Positions 54,105 through 64,000 of a DNA stretch of 64,000 nucleotides are shown here, one piece after another; position 1 is the stretch's first letter, and every line of letters begins with the position of its first letter. The stretch is from Alphaproteobacteria bacterium. GTDB lineage: Bacteria; Pseudomonadota; Alphaproteobacteria; SP197. The notes beneath the pieces were generated by a model. The model was not told the origin of the DNA. It did not search any database and was given only the letters and a program-made list of their open reading frames with translations. The translations under genes and the position numbers were made by a program. The DNA lies in assembly GCA_964291265.2 (NCBI GenBank), contig OZ219747.1, positions 2,592,001-2,656,000 of the forward strand. The letters are read 5' to 3'.

Positions 54105-54330
54105 ATGATGACCGACACACTGATCGACCGGAACCCGGACATCTTCGGCGGAAGGTCCGCGTCCGCGGGCACGCGAGTTCCGGTGCGCATTCTGATGGAG
54201 CACCTCGCGGCGAGGGACCGACTGCCCCACCGTGTCGCTGTGCCGGGCGATGAAGCTGCTGGAACAGGCAACGACTATGCTGGCATCGGAGAGCGACGAA
54301 ACTGCTGCTTGAAGAACCCGTGGCGAGGGC
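54105..54330 (+). pseudogene. DUF433 antitoxin-like remnant
   Basis: I.RNPDI.GG....GTRVPV motif, degenerate afterwards. Confidence 0.6.
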
Positions 54331-54465
54331 GGCCCGCGGGGCATTGCAGCCGCTGGCGTCGGCGGGGTGGATGTGGTGCCGGTGGAGACCTCCCTGGCAT
54401 GCATGCCATGCTCCAGAATGAGCCACTGACCGAGAGTATCTTGGTCGAACGGAGAGAGCGCGCCC

Positions 54466-56025
54466 ATGATTGAAAGGCGTTTCAGAGAATTATGGGAACA
54501 GTTGCAGGGCAAGAAGCCCCACCTGCCACATTTCCTCGCGGAAATTCACCTGCGCGGGATTCGAGGCATCGACAACCTGCGGACCGTGTTCGACTATCCG
54601 GTCAGTGTCATCGCCGGCGGCAACGCCAGTGGGAAATCGACCGTTCTGTTTGCGGCAGCCTGTGCCTACCGGGTGCCCGGTGCCGGCGTGAAGGACTTCG
54701 TGCCCTCAACACTGTTTCCCGATTACCGCCCGAAGCTCGGGGTACGCGAGGATCACAGGGGCGAAGTTCGTATCGACTTCGACTATGCGACGCCGGAAGG
54801 TCGGCGCTCCATGCGATGGCGACGCTCCAAGGGCTGGAACCGAAGCTTCCTTGGCCGAAAGAAAGCCAGCCAGCCGAAGCGGCCTGTCTATCTCAGAACT
54901 CTCAGCAATCTCAGCAATCCCTCCGAAGTGCGCGGAGTTCTGAGCATGTCTCGCTCGACTCATACGGTCGAGGAGACAGTTCTGCCTGCCTCGCAGATTG
55001 AGTTTGCACATCGGATGCTTCCCTTTCGATATTCCGAGGTCGTGAATCTATCGAGTGGAACCAAGAGCTTGCTCTTTGCTGCCCAGGAAGGTGGCGCGGC
55101 GTACTCCGAACTGCACATGTCCGCCGGCGAGAGAGCCATTCTTCGTCTTTCCCGGGAAGTCGCCCAACTCAGGGGGGCGTTGATCCTGATCGACGAAGTG
55201 GAGGCGGGATTGCATCCTTGGGTGCAACAGCTTCTCATGTTGCAGTTGCAGCAGTTGGCGCTGCGCAACGACCTTCAACTCATTGTCACGTCCCACAGTC
55301 CGGTCGTTCTGGATTCGGTGCCGGCGAACGGACGTGTCTTCCTCGAACGCGACGATGCCGGTCAGGTTAAGGTCCGCCCTCCCTATCGCGATGTCGTGCA
55401 GAACGCGCTCTACGGACGGTCGGGGGAGGCCCTCAACCTCCTTTGCGAGGACGAGGTAGCCGAAGGCATTTTGCAAGGCGTGTTCGATGTCCTTCTTCCT
55501 CGGCAGAGGATCAGGCCGGGAATGGTTCGCATCGGTCGTGACACAGGAGCGGAGGAGTTTCCGTCCCACGCGGCCGCATTTCGGAAGTTCGGTCAGATTG
55601 ACAGCTTTGTTTTTGTTCTCGACGGCGACAAACGCGGAAGCCCAGCGGAATTGAAGTTGCGTGATCAAGCAGGGGATGAGTCGACCTTGTTCCTTCCCGG
55701 TGACGCACCGGAGGTCTGGATATGGCGCGCGTTGAGGGAGTTCTCTGCCGGGGAAGCCAGCGAACTGGGTGTTGGATCGGACGACCTCGCAGCACGCATG
55801 AATCAATTGGATTCGATCTATGATTCGGCATCGGACTCTCCTGCGCGGATCGCCAAGACCAAACTGAGTGGTCTCGCTGAAGGTCAGGGTCGGCATGCAT
55901 CGGATATTGCCCGCCTGGTCGGACGATTGGAGACAGGGAAACCGGAGAGCAGCATTCAGCCGTTGGTGGAGAGGCTGGAAAACGCGCTGCTCCGCTGGCG
56001 AACTGCCAACCTGTTGTCACGTTGA
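54466..56025 (+). CDS. ABC-type (AAA_21/OLD-like) ATPase with TOPRIM-like C-terminal domain
   Basis: GGNASGKST, MSAGE, LIDEVEAGLHP and TSHS motifs; later CED and LDGD. Confidence 0.8.
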   Translation: MIERRFRELWEQLQGKKPHLPHFLAEIHLRGIRGIDNLRTVFDYPVSVIAGGNASGKSTVLFAAACAYRVPGAGVKDFVPSTLFPDYRPKLGVREDHRGEVRIDFDYATPEGRRSMRWRRSKGWNRSFLGRKKASQPKRPVYLRTLSNLSNPSEVRGVLSMSRSTHTVEETVLPASQIEFAHRMLPFRYSEVVNLSSGTKSLLFAAQEGGAAYSELHMSAGERAILRLSREVAQLRGALILIDEVEAGLHPWVQQLLMLQLQQLALRNDLQLIVTSHSPVVLDSVPANGRVFLERDDAGQVKVRPPYRDVVQNALYGRSGEALNLLCEDEVAEGILQGVFDVLLPRQRIRPGMVRIGRDTGAEEFPSHAAAFRKFGQIDSFVFVLDGDKRGSPAELKLRDQAGDESTLFLPGDAPEVWIWRALREFSAGEASELGVGSDDLAARMNQLDSIYDSASDSPARIAKTKLSGLAEGQGRHASDIARLVGRLETGKPESSIQPLVERLENALLRWRTANLLSR

Positions 56026-56094
56026 TGGCGCTCATGGAAACTCACTGGCAAGGAAGACAACGGCTGAAGACAACACCGATACTGATGCAGGCCG

Positions 56095-56260
56095 CTCAGC
56101 TGGACAGTACTCCGATCTTCATCATGGCGAGGACGTTGGTGAGCGAGCTTTTCGCAGCGGGTGGCGATGCGCCGGAACGTCTTGAGTTTGTTGAAGGCGC
56201 GTTCGATCCGGTTGCGCAGTCGATACAACGGTTTGAAGATGCCGAAGGACTCATGAGAGG
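56095..56260 (-). pseudogene. IS5-family transposase C-terminal remnant
   Basis: YRLRNRIERAFNKLK.FRRIATR.EK motif. Confidence 0.75.
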
Positions 56261-56299
56261 ACGGCTTCCAGCGGTGTTTCCGCCGCGGCAGCGCCTGGC

Positions 56300-56614
56300 A
56301 AGGCCCAGGAAAAGCGGCGCCTTCCCCTTGCGCGACGGCGTTGTCTCCTCGCCGTCCCACAGGTGGGCGAGCACGGCCGCGCCTTCCCGGGGCGCCGCGT
56401 CGAGAGGCAGTTCGGGGAAGCGCCCGAGGATGATCTTGCGCATGCGTCCATTCATGCGGGTCTGGACGATCCAGGACCTGACGCCGGAGAGCTGCGCCCT
56501 GACCCCGAAATGCGCCAGCAGACTCTCCACAGGGTGTATTCCCGTTCCGCCGGCTTCGCTGGCGGCGATGGTCTTCACGGTGAGCCGTATACGATGCCTG
56601 CTGCCGCTCATCAC
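56300..56614 (-). pseudogene. Integrase arm-binding (DUF4102-like) remnant
   Basis: LTVKTI...FGVR...SGVRSWIVQ.R..G...LGRFP pattern. Confidence 0.65.
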
Positions 56615-56689
56615 CCGCCCCCTTGCCGCTCATGGCGCGCTGAACCATGCCGGAGATGCGCCGGCCGCCTCGCGGACATGTCTGTCGGC

Positions 56690-57150
56690 GACATGAGCGT
56701 AGCGTTCAGGGAGGCTGTGTCGGCATGGCCGAGCAGAGCGTGGTGGAGCGACATGGCACCCGGTTCGAGCTCGTTGTCGTGGGCCGGGCCACGTCGCGAT
56801 ACCGATCTTGCGGTCTGACCAGGGAAGAGCATGTTGTTGGCAGTCTGGCGTTCGTCGCGGATTGCGCGGCCGAGCAGGTGGGTTCCGGGGAGGAAGCGCA
56901 TGCAGCCGCTGGCCGATGTCGCTGGCGTGAGAGCAACACAGGCCGTGACGATGTCGAGTGGATCGAGGTTCCGGTAACCGGCATCCTGGTGAAGGGAGAT
57001 ATGACGCCGGTCCTGCGCAGGCCTGGTCTGGATGTCGGCGAACGTCACCACGATGCAGGGCCCGTCATCCGTTCCAATGCATCGAGGGTCGCGGGGCTGG
57101 CGGATCAGTTCGTCCATCCACGTGAAGAGCAGGCAGGACTTGCGTTGTCG
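56690..57150 (-). pseudogene. Phytanoyl-CoA dioxygenase-family remnant
   Basis: HQD..Y, GCMRFLPGTH and LEPG.MSLHH motifs; eroded. Confidence 0.65.
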
Positions 57151-57311
57151 GGGATGCGGCGGAGGTCGACGCCGACCGCACCCTCCGCAGGGATGGCCTT
57201 GAGCGGTACCGCAAATCCCGTGGCGCAATCATCCAGGATGTCGTGGCGTGTTCCCGATGCCATCCTTCTTGCAGTATACTCCGCCCCCAAGGATTGCCGA
57301 CAGGAGATACC

Positions 57312-58319
57312 ATGGGCAGGTTCTATTTTGATGACGATGCCGATCCGGCCCTGCTCGATGGCAGGACGGTTGCCGTGATCGGTTACGGCAACCAGGGACG
57401 CAGCCAGGCGCTCAACATGAAGGATCGTGGTGTCGACGTGGTCGTCGGCAACATCGAGGACGAGTACGCAGAAAGCGCGCGGGCTGACGGATGGGATCTC
57501 CTGACCATTGAAGAGGCCGCAGCCCGGGCCGATGTCCTGATGATGCTGACGTCCGATGACAGTCAGCCCGATGTCTATGAGAACCGGGTGAAGAACAGCC
57601 TCAAGCCCGGTGATGTCATGTGCTTTGCCCATGGTTTCAACATCCATTACGGCGAGATTGTCCCGGATCCGCAGACGGATGTCATCATGGTGGCGCCGCG
57701 CATGCTCGGAGAGGGCGTGCGGGCGACGTTCCTTGAGGGGCGAGGCTTTCCGAGCCTCATCGCCGTCGCCCAGGATGGCAGCGGCAGGGCTCTCGACATG
57801 TGCCTTGCGGTCTCCTGGGCTATCGGCACGACCAGAATGGGGGCGCTGGAATCGAGTTTCGGCGAAGAGGTCCTCATCGATCTCTTCGAGGAACATCAGC
57901 CGGGACTCTATGCCCTGCGCGTCATGTACACGGCCCTCGTCGAGGCGGGCTGTTCTCCCGAAGCGGTCATGCTCGACCTCTATGCCTCCGGTGAAAGCGT
58001 CAAGTTCGCCGAGTACGGGCGCGACCTCGGCGCCTTCGAGCGCATGAAACGGACGAGCGCCACGGCGCAGTTCGGCCATCTCGTGTGGTCGAAACAGTAC
58101 TTCGACGAGGAACGGACACTCGAAGGCATGCGCCGGATGATCGCCAACATCAAGGACGGCAGCTTCATCCGTGCCCTGAAGGCCGAACGGCAGAAGAACA
58201 GGCCGGCGGTCGAAGCTGTCTGGCAGGAGAACAACGATCACGATCTTGTCCGCCGTGAACACGACCTCTACCAGCTGCTCGGGCGCCGGGCAAAGGGCGC
58301 GTCGCCCCCCGGGACCTGA
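57312..58319 (+). CDS. ilvC: Ketol-acid reductoisomerase-like protein (divergent)
   Basis: GYGNQG, HGFNIHY, MVAP and DLF.E motifs. Confidence 0.75.
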   Translation: MGRFYFDDDADPALLDGRTVAVIGYGNQGRSQALNMKDRGVDVVVGNIEDEYAESARADGWDLLTIEEAAARADVLMMLTSDDSQPDVYENRVKNSLKPGDVMCFAHGFNIHYGEIVPDPQTDVIMVAPRMLGEGVRATFLEGRGFPSLIAVAQDGSGRALDMCLAVSWAIGTTRMGALESSFGEEVLIDLFEEHQPGLYALRVMYTALVEAGCSPEAVMLDLYASGESVKFAEYGRDLGAFERMKRTSATAQFGHLVWSKQYFDEERTLEGMRRMIANIKDGSFIRALKAERQKNRPAVEAVWQENNDHDLVRREHDLYQLLGRRAKGASPPGT

Positions 58320-58390
58320 CGACGGGACTCATGGCGGTGCGGGGCCGGCTGACGCAGTTCGGTGCCCGGTGAAGCAACCGATTCTCACGC

Positions 58391-60457
58391 ATGCCGCACG
58401 ATACGGACAGGACCCGCACGATGTGTGAAGACAGCTGGCGCCTCGGCGTCGATATCGGTGGAACCTTCACCGACTTGCAGCTCATGAACAACCGGTCGGG
58501 AGAGGTGGTGGCGCTGAAGACGCCGTCGACGCCGGAGGATCCGTCGCTGGCGGTGGCGAGAGGACTCGAGGACGTCGCCAAGCGTCATGGCATTGACCCT
58601 GCCTCCATCCGCTACTTCGCCCACGGCACCACGATCGCGGTCAACACGCTTCTCGAGCGCAAGGGTGCGTGCACCGGGGTGCTGATGACCCAGGGCTTTA
58701 CCGATACGCTCGAGCTGCGCCGCCTGCGTCTTCCGAAGGCGAACGACTTCTTCGTGCCCCGGCCCGTTCCGCTGGTGCCCCGTCGGCTGGTCCGTCCGGT
58801 CGACGAAAGGCTGAAGGCCAACGGGGAAGTGATCAGGCCGTTGCGGCGCGAGGACGTGGAGGAACAGGTCCGGACCCTGCTTGACGACGGCGCGGAGACC
58901 ATTGCCGTGTGCCTGCTCCACGCATATCGCAATCCACGTCACGAACGACTGGCAAGACAGTGGATCACGGAGAGTTTCCCGGAGACCTACGTCACGATCT
59001 CGACCGACGTGTGGCCCCAGCAGCGGGAGTATGAACGCGCGCTCGTCAGTGTCATCAACGCGTATGTCGGCGGTCGCATGGAGGCGTATCTCACCACCCT
59101 CGAGAAACGGACACGGGACCTTGCCATGCCTTGCCGTGTCTTTTCGACGAAGTCGAACGGTGGCGTGATGACCGCCGCCTCGGCGGCCCGCCGGCCGGTC
59201 GAGACCCTTCTCTCCGGTCCGGCCTCGGGGGTCATCGGTGCCCGCCATGTCGCCAGTTCCATCGGAGACGATCAGCTCGTCACCCTCGACATGGGCGGCA
59301 CCAGTGTCGACGTATCGATCATCCAGGGAGGAGTCATCGGCCAGGCGACCGACAACACGATCGGGGACATCCCGGTCATCATGCCGGCTGTCGATGTGTC
59401 GGCGGTCGGCGCCGGCGGCGGTTCGATTGCCTGGACGGACAGCGAAGGCGTGCTCAAGGTGGGCCCCCGGAGCGCCGGGGCCCTGCCGGGTCCGGCCTGC
59501 TATGGCAGGGGAGGCGCCGAGCCAACCGTCACCGATGCCTATCTCGTGGCCGGTATCATCGCCGAGAACGGCCTCCTCGATGGCGCGATGGTGCTCGATC
59601 ACGCGCGGGCCCATGCCGCAATCGACCGGCTGGCGGCCGTCATCGGCCGCTCGCGCCATGAAACCGCCGATGCGATTCTCCAGGTGACGACAGCCAACAT
59701 CTACGCACAGCTGCTCCCTCTGATGGCGCGGCGGGGGATCGACACGACGGGCTTTTCCATGCTGGCCTATGGTGCCGCCGGCCCGACACAGGCCTTCATG
59801 CTGGCCCGCGAACTCGACCTGCGCCGCGTCATCGTGCCGCCCGCCCCCGGGACGTTGTGCGCCCTTGGGTGCCTCGTTGCGGACTTTCGTGCCGACTTCG
59901 TCCAGAGCGTGTGGCGTGACCTCGACACCCTCTCGGACAGGGATCTTGGCGAGACCTTCGCCCTTCTCGAGAATGAGTCTCGCGCCTGGTTGGCCGAACA
60001 GGATGCCGGGGTAGCGGACGTTCACGTCCTGCGTTCGGCGGATCTTTGCCATATCGGTCAATCCTACGAGATCAACGTGCCGTTTCCGGACGTTGCGGAA
60101 TTGTCGACGGAAGACCTTGGTCGATGGTTTCTCGAGCGTTATCAGAAGGTCTACGGCTACCACGACCCGCACGCGCCCGTGCGGATGCTGGAAGCTCGCC
60201 TGCAGATTGTCGGTGTCACGCCCTCGCTTCCGGTCGTTTTCCGACCTGCCGGAGGCGGCGCTCCCCGGGACGTGCGACGTGTTCATGAAGCGGGCGACGA
60301 GGTCGAGGCGCACGTGTGGCGGCGCCATGACCTGCGGCAGGGGGAGAACTATCCCGGCCCCCTGGTGATCGAGCAGTACGACACCACGACATGGGTGCCG
60401 CCGGGATTCGTGTTGACGGTGGATGAATTCGGGAACCTCATCGGGGAACGCAGCTGA
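58391..60457 (+). CDS. Hydantoinase/oxoprolinase subunit A
   Basis: DIGGTFTD, HGTT, SGPASG and DMGGTS motifs. Confidence 0.92.
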   Translation: MPHDTDRTRTMCEDSWRLGVDIGGTFTDLQLMNNRSGEVVALKTPSTPEDPSLAVARGLEDVAKRHGIDPASIRYFAHGTTIAVNTLLERKGACTGVLMTQGFTDTLELRRLRLPKANDFFVPRPVPLVPRRLVRPVDERLKANGEVIRPLRREDVEEQVRTLLDDGAETIAVCLLHAYRNPRHERLARQWITESFPETYVTISTDVWPQQREYERALVSVINAYVGGRMEAYLTTLEKRTRDLAMPCRVFSTKSNGGVMTAASAARRPVETLLSGPASGVIGARHVASSIGDDQLVTLDMGGTSVDVSIIQGGVIGQATDNTIGDIPVIMPAVDVSAVGAGGGSIAWTDSEGVLKVGPRSAGALPGPACYGRGGAEPTVTDAYLVAGIIAENGLLDGAMVLDHARAHAAIDRLAAVIGRSRHETADAILQVTTANIYAQLLPLMARRGIDTTGFSMLAYGAAGPTQAFMLARELDLRRVIVPPAPGTLCALGCLVADFRADFVQSVWRDLDTLSDRDLGETFALLENESRAWLAEQDAGVADVHVLRSADLCHIGQSYEINVPFPDVAELSTEDLGRWFLERYQKVYGYHDPHAPVRMLEARLQIVGVTPSLPVVFRPAGGGAPRDVRRVHEAGDEVEAHVWRRHDLRQGENYPGPLVIEQYDTTTWVPPGFVLTVDEFGNLIGERS

Positions 60458-62445
60458 TGGACGACCCCGTTCGCCTCGAGATCCTTCTCAACCGCTTTCA
60501 GGCCATTGTCGACGAGATGGCGGGCGTGATTTCGCGCACGGCGCACACCGTCTTCGTCAAGGAAACCCAGGACTACGGTTCGGTTCTCGTGTCGCGGTCC
60601 GGTGAGGTGTTCGCCGCGCCGCGCCGCTACGGGGTGCTGATGATGATCGGCATGCCCATGGCCGGAGCCCTGGAGCGGATCGGTGACGATGTCGGGGAGG
60701 GCGATGTCTTCATGTCCAATGATCCGGATGCCACCCGGGGCATGGCGACCCATCTCTCCGATGTCTACCTGTGGGCGCCCATCCATGTCGACGGCGCCGT
60801 GCTGTGCTGGGCGTGGACATTCATCCATGTCTCGGACATCGGAGGCCGGGTTCCCGGATCGATCGCGCCGTCGAGTTACGAGATCATCCAGGAAGGCCTG
60901 CGGATCCCGCCACAGAAACTCTACCGCGGTGGCGTGCTCAACCAGCCTCTTCTGGACATGATTCTCGCCAACTGCCGGACTCCGGAGGGCAACTGGGGCG
61001 ACATGAAGGCCTGTCTCGCCGGACTGGCCACGGCCGGGCGAAGGGTGCGGCACCTCGTCGACCACTACGGCAGCGACGTGATCGATCAGACGATCGACGA
61101 GGCTCTGGACTATGCCGAGACCCAGGCGCGCCGGGTGATCGCCCATGTTCCCGACGGCTGTTATCGCTATACCGACTACATCGAGGCCGACATGGTGGGC
61201 CTCGGCCTGGTGCGCATCCATGTCACGCTGACGGTAGACGGCGATGACATGCTGCTTGACTTCACGGGAACGGCACCCCAGGTGAGGGCCGCTCTCAACA
61301 TCCCGACCTACAACCAGGACGGGCACTGGATGCTGATCACCGGCCTGGTGAACTGGATGTGCACCCAGGCGTCGGCCATCACCTACAATGCCGGCCTGGT
61401 GCGGCCGCTCAGGGTGACGATCCCGAAGGGAACAATTCTCAATCCCGAGCCCGGGGCCGCCTGCGGCGCGCGCTATTCAACCAGCCACAAGGTGTGCGAT
61501 GTCACCGTTGGGGCCCTGGCCCAGGCTGTGCCGATGCAGTTGCCGGCGACGGATTCGGGACAGGGGTCCATCCTCCTCGTTTCGGTTCCCGATCTGGAGA
61601 CCGGCGGCACCAGGGTGTCGGTGATCCAGCCCATCGTCGGTGGCTCCGGCGGCCGACCGGTGGCGGATGGTGTCGATGGCACCATGGTGATTCTCAACTT
61701 TCTCAAGAACATCCCGACAGAGATTTTCGAGAACGAGATGCCGGAAATCCTCATCCGCCACTACGGACTGAGGGAAGACTCGGGCGGCCCGGGCCGCTAC
61801 AGGGGAGGCACCGGCATCGAGATCGAAATCGAGACGTCTTCGCCTTACACCTCGATCACGTCGCGGTGCATGGAGCGCTATGTCTTCGGTCCGCCCGGCA
61901 GGCTGGGCGGGCACATGGGCGCCACGGGATACACCATGCTCAATCCGGGAACGCCGCTGCAGCGTGACCTCGGCAAGATCGATGTCCTCGAACTGGAACC
62001 CGGCGATGTCCTGAGGATCGGAACCCAGGGCGGAGGCGGCTTCGGTGATCCCCTCGAGAGACCGGAGGCTGATGTTGCCGTCGATGTCGCCAATGGCGTC
62101 GTGCATCGAACCGGTGCGGAGCGCCACTACGGTGTCGTGCTCGATGTCGACGGCGCCATCGATGCTGTGGCGACAGCAGACCGTCGTCAGGCCATCCGCC
62201 GGGAGCGAGGCTGGCAGGATCCGCCGCTTTACGGTTTCGGTGAGGCCCGGGAGGCATGGTCCGCGCTGTGGTCAGATGATCTCGAGGATGCCATCTCGAA
62301 GGCCACCGAAGACCTGCCGGTACAGCTGCGGCAATTCGTCCATCAGAAACTCACCGAGGCGATCCGCCAGCGTCTCGATGAGGGAGAATCCGTGCCGCCT
62401 GCTTCGGTTCCCGCTCTCCTCGCTTCCGTGAACCCCGGATCGTGA
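60457..62445 (+). CDS. Hydantoinase B/oxoprolinase subunit
   Basis: H..D, H.SDIGG..PGS and SGGPG..RGG motifs. Confidence 0.92.
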   Translation: MDDPVRLEILLNRFQAIVDEMAGVISRTAHTVFVKETQDYGSVLVSRSGEVFAAPRRYGVLMMIGMPMAGALERIGDDVGEGDVFMSNDPDATRGMATHLSDVYLWAPIHVDGAVLCWAWTFIHVSDIGGRVPGSIAPSSYEIIQEGLRIPPQKLYRGGVLNQPLLDMILANCRTPEGNWGDMKACLAGLATAGRRVRHLVDHYGSDVIDQTIDEALDYAETQARRVIAHVPDGCYRYTDYIEADMVGLGLVRIHVTLTVDGDDMLLDFTGTAPQVRAALNIPTYNQDGHWMLITGLVNWMCTQASAITYNAGLVRPLRVTIPKGTILNPEPGAACGARYSTSHKVCDVTVGALAQAVPMQLPATDSGQGSILLVSVPDLETGGTRVSVIQPIVGGSGGRPVADGVDGTMVILNFLKNIPTEIFENEMPEILIRHYGLREDSGGPGRYRGGTGIEIEIETSSPYTSITSRCMERYVFGPPGRLGGHMGATGYTMLNPGTPLQRDLGKIDVLELEPGDVLRIGTQGGGGFGDPLERPEADVAVDVANGVVHRTGAERHYGVVLDVDGAIDAVATADRRQAIRRERGWQDPPLYGFGEAREAWSALWSDDLEDAISKATEDLPVQLRQFVHQKLTEAIRQRLDEGESVPPASVPALLASVNPGS

Positions 62446-62534
62446 CGGCCCGGGGCCGCAGCGGGCGGGAACGCGTCACGCGCGAATGCGGCACAACCGT
62501 GGCGCCACTCGATGCCGGAGTGCCCGCAGGACGG

Positions 62535-63728
62535 TCAGGAAAGGGCGCCGTGGGGGAGATTCATGTTGGCCGCATCGCTTCCCAGGGAACCGGCGAGGAG
62601 GCGCAGGGTCGAGTTGAACTCGTCGGCCTCGATGTTGCATGACCTCATGTAGCGGTCGCTGTCGGCGGCGAACTCCGTCCTGCCGTGGAGCACCCGCTGA
62701 TTGTTGAAGAACAGCGCTTCGCCGGAGGCGCAGGGGAGCGTGATCCGGTATGCCGGATCGAAGAGCATTTCCTGGAGGAGACGCATGGCGCGATAGAAGG
62801 AGCGGATCTCGCCATCGGGGAGATCGCCTGGACCGATGGCCCGGTCGAGAAGGCGGATGCCGGCAATCTCGCCGTCTTCGTCGAGGCTGAAGGCCGGCGC
62901 CCGCATGCGGAAGTCGCGGTCCGGGTTGACGAGGCGTCGGTAGAAGGTGATGGGCCGGGTCGACAGCAGGCGGAAGGCTTCTTCGTTCATCTCCCTGAGG
63001 CGCTTGCCGACGTTGAAGCCGTCGGTCAGGGTCGAGGCCCCGCCATGCGCCGATGCCTGGACAAAATGAAAACAGGTCACGGATGGTGGATTCTGGCGGT
63101 AGGGTTCCGTGTGAGGATCGAGCCTGACATTGAGGTCACCGAGAACGAGAGCGTCCCGCTTGTAGGTGAACTCGTAGATCCTGCCATAGTTCGTGGTCCG
63201 CAACGGGCCTGCCAGAGAGGCGATGGCCTCGGTGTGGTTCGGGTCGCGCGGCACACCGCGCACCAGGACAAATCCGTAGTCCCTGAGCGCCTCCAGCATC
63301 GCCAGATGCGCGGCGCCGCCCTCCTGACATGCGACATAGTCCGCCTCGGGCGCGTGGCCCTCGAGACCGTTGTCCCACAACACCGGCCGGAATCGCCGTC
63401 GATCCCGTTCGGCAGCACTGTTGCATCGGCTGCGCAGCCATTCGCCGGCAAAGCTGCTGGCATGACCGGTGCTTGACCAGACGATGTCCAGAACTCCGTG
63501 CTCGTTCACCCGGGCGCTGGCGATGTGGATATCCTCGGGGATGTCGACGAGTCGCAACGAGCGTATGGCGCTGTGGTAGGTGCCGCACGCGGCGCACTTG
63601 CAGGCATACCTCAGCCAGAGTGCATCAAATCTGCTTCGGTGTCTGTCCTGCCAGTGAACGACCAGATGATCCCCGGCATTGTCGATAGCGGTGATTCGGT
63701 AACGCGCTGTCGAGGAAACCCCGGCCAT
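62535..63728 (-). CDS. TauD/gamma-butyrobetaine hydroxylase-like Fe/2OG dioxygenase
   Basis: WLR..C.C..C N-terminal domain; DGF and NQRVLHGR motifs. Confidence 0.88.
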   Translation of the reverse strand: MAGVSSTARYRITAIDNAGDHLVVHWQDRHRSRFDALWLRYACKCAACGTYHSAIRSLRLVDIPEDIHIASARVNEHGVLDIVWSSTGHASSFAGEWLRSRCNSAAERDRRRFRPVLWDNGLEGHAPEADYVACQEGGAAHLAMLEALRDYGFVLVRGVPRDPNHTEAIASLAGPLRTTNYGRIYEFTYKRDALVLGDLNVRLDPHTEPYRQNPPSVTCFHFVQASAHGGASTLTDGFNVGKRLREMNEEAFRLLSTRPITFYRRLVNPDRDFRMRAPAFSLDEDGEIAGIRLLDRAIGPGDLPDGEIRSFYRAMRLLQEMLFDPAYRITLPCASGEALFFNNQRVLHGRTEFAADSDRYMRSCNIEADEFNSTLRLLAGSLGSDAANMNLPHGALS

Positions 63729-63884
63729 GGTGGCACCTCCCGGCGAATCGACACAACGAAAGTTCCACAAAGCTGTTGCCGAGGCAAGCGGGATTGGTTG
63801 CGGTGGCCACAATCCACGATGTCCCTGACAGGCATGACGGGCTGCTGGTAGACTCGGTGCTTCGTCTGATCGGATCGAGACGCC

Positions 63885-64000
63885 ATGGTTCAGCCAAGAG
63901 AGATTCCCGACTCCATGTCCGAGGAGGAATGGCAGGTCCGCTGCGATCTTGCGGCATGCTACCAATTGGTCGATCTCTACGGCTGGTCGGATCTGTCGAG
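63885..64000 (+). CDS. Class II aldolase/adducin family protein (partial, runs off window)
   Basis: EW.VRCDLAACY.LVD.YGWSDL, paralogous to 13895-14653. Confidence 0.75.
   Translation, partial: MVQPREIPDSMSEEEWQVRCDLAACYQLVDLYGWSDLS

Overview
High-GC, IS-rich bacterial window, probably alphaproteobacterial (inference from gene content). 1-13.7 kb is a stack of nested mobile elements: an IS66 tnpC is split by an antisense group II intron, and that intron is split after its 9th nucleotide by an IS110 element. A second, inverted IS110 copy sits in the methyltransferase gene of an IS66-family element that carries a DNA adenine MTase (3 copies in the window). The main observation is that the IS110 left non-coding end folds into a bridge-RNA-like structure. 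Its target guides match nucleotides 1-14 of the reconstructed intron 5' end exactly, and its donor guides match the element's own RE-CT-LE junction. The same IS110 carries an accessory 96-aa ORF and a palindrome array. 13.9-48 kb and 57-64 kb are metabolic: guanidino/arginine catabolism-like genes, a divergent urease without accessory genes, an Mrp/Mnh antiporter operon, coxG-S-M without coxL, a LysR-ABC transporter module, and a hydantoinase/oxoprolinase pair. 48-57 kb holds more nested IS elements and eroded defence-gene remnants. All calls come from motifs and manual alignment; no database searches were run.
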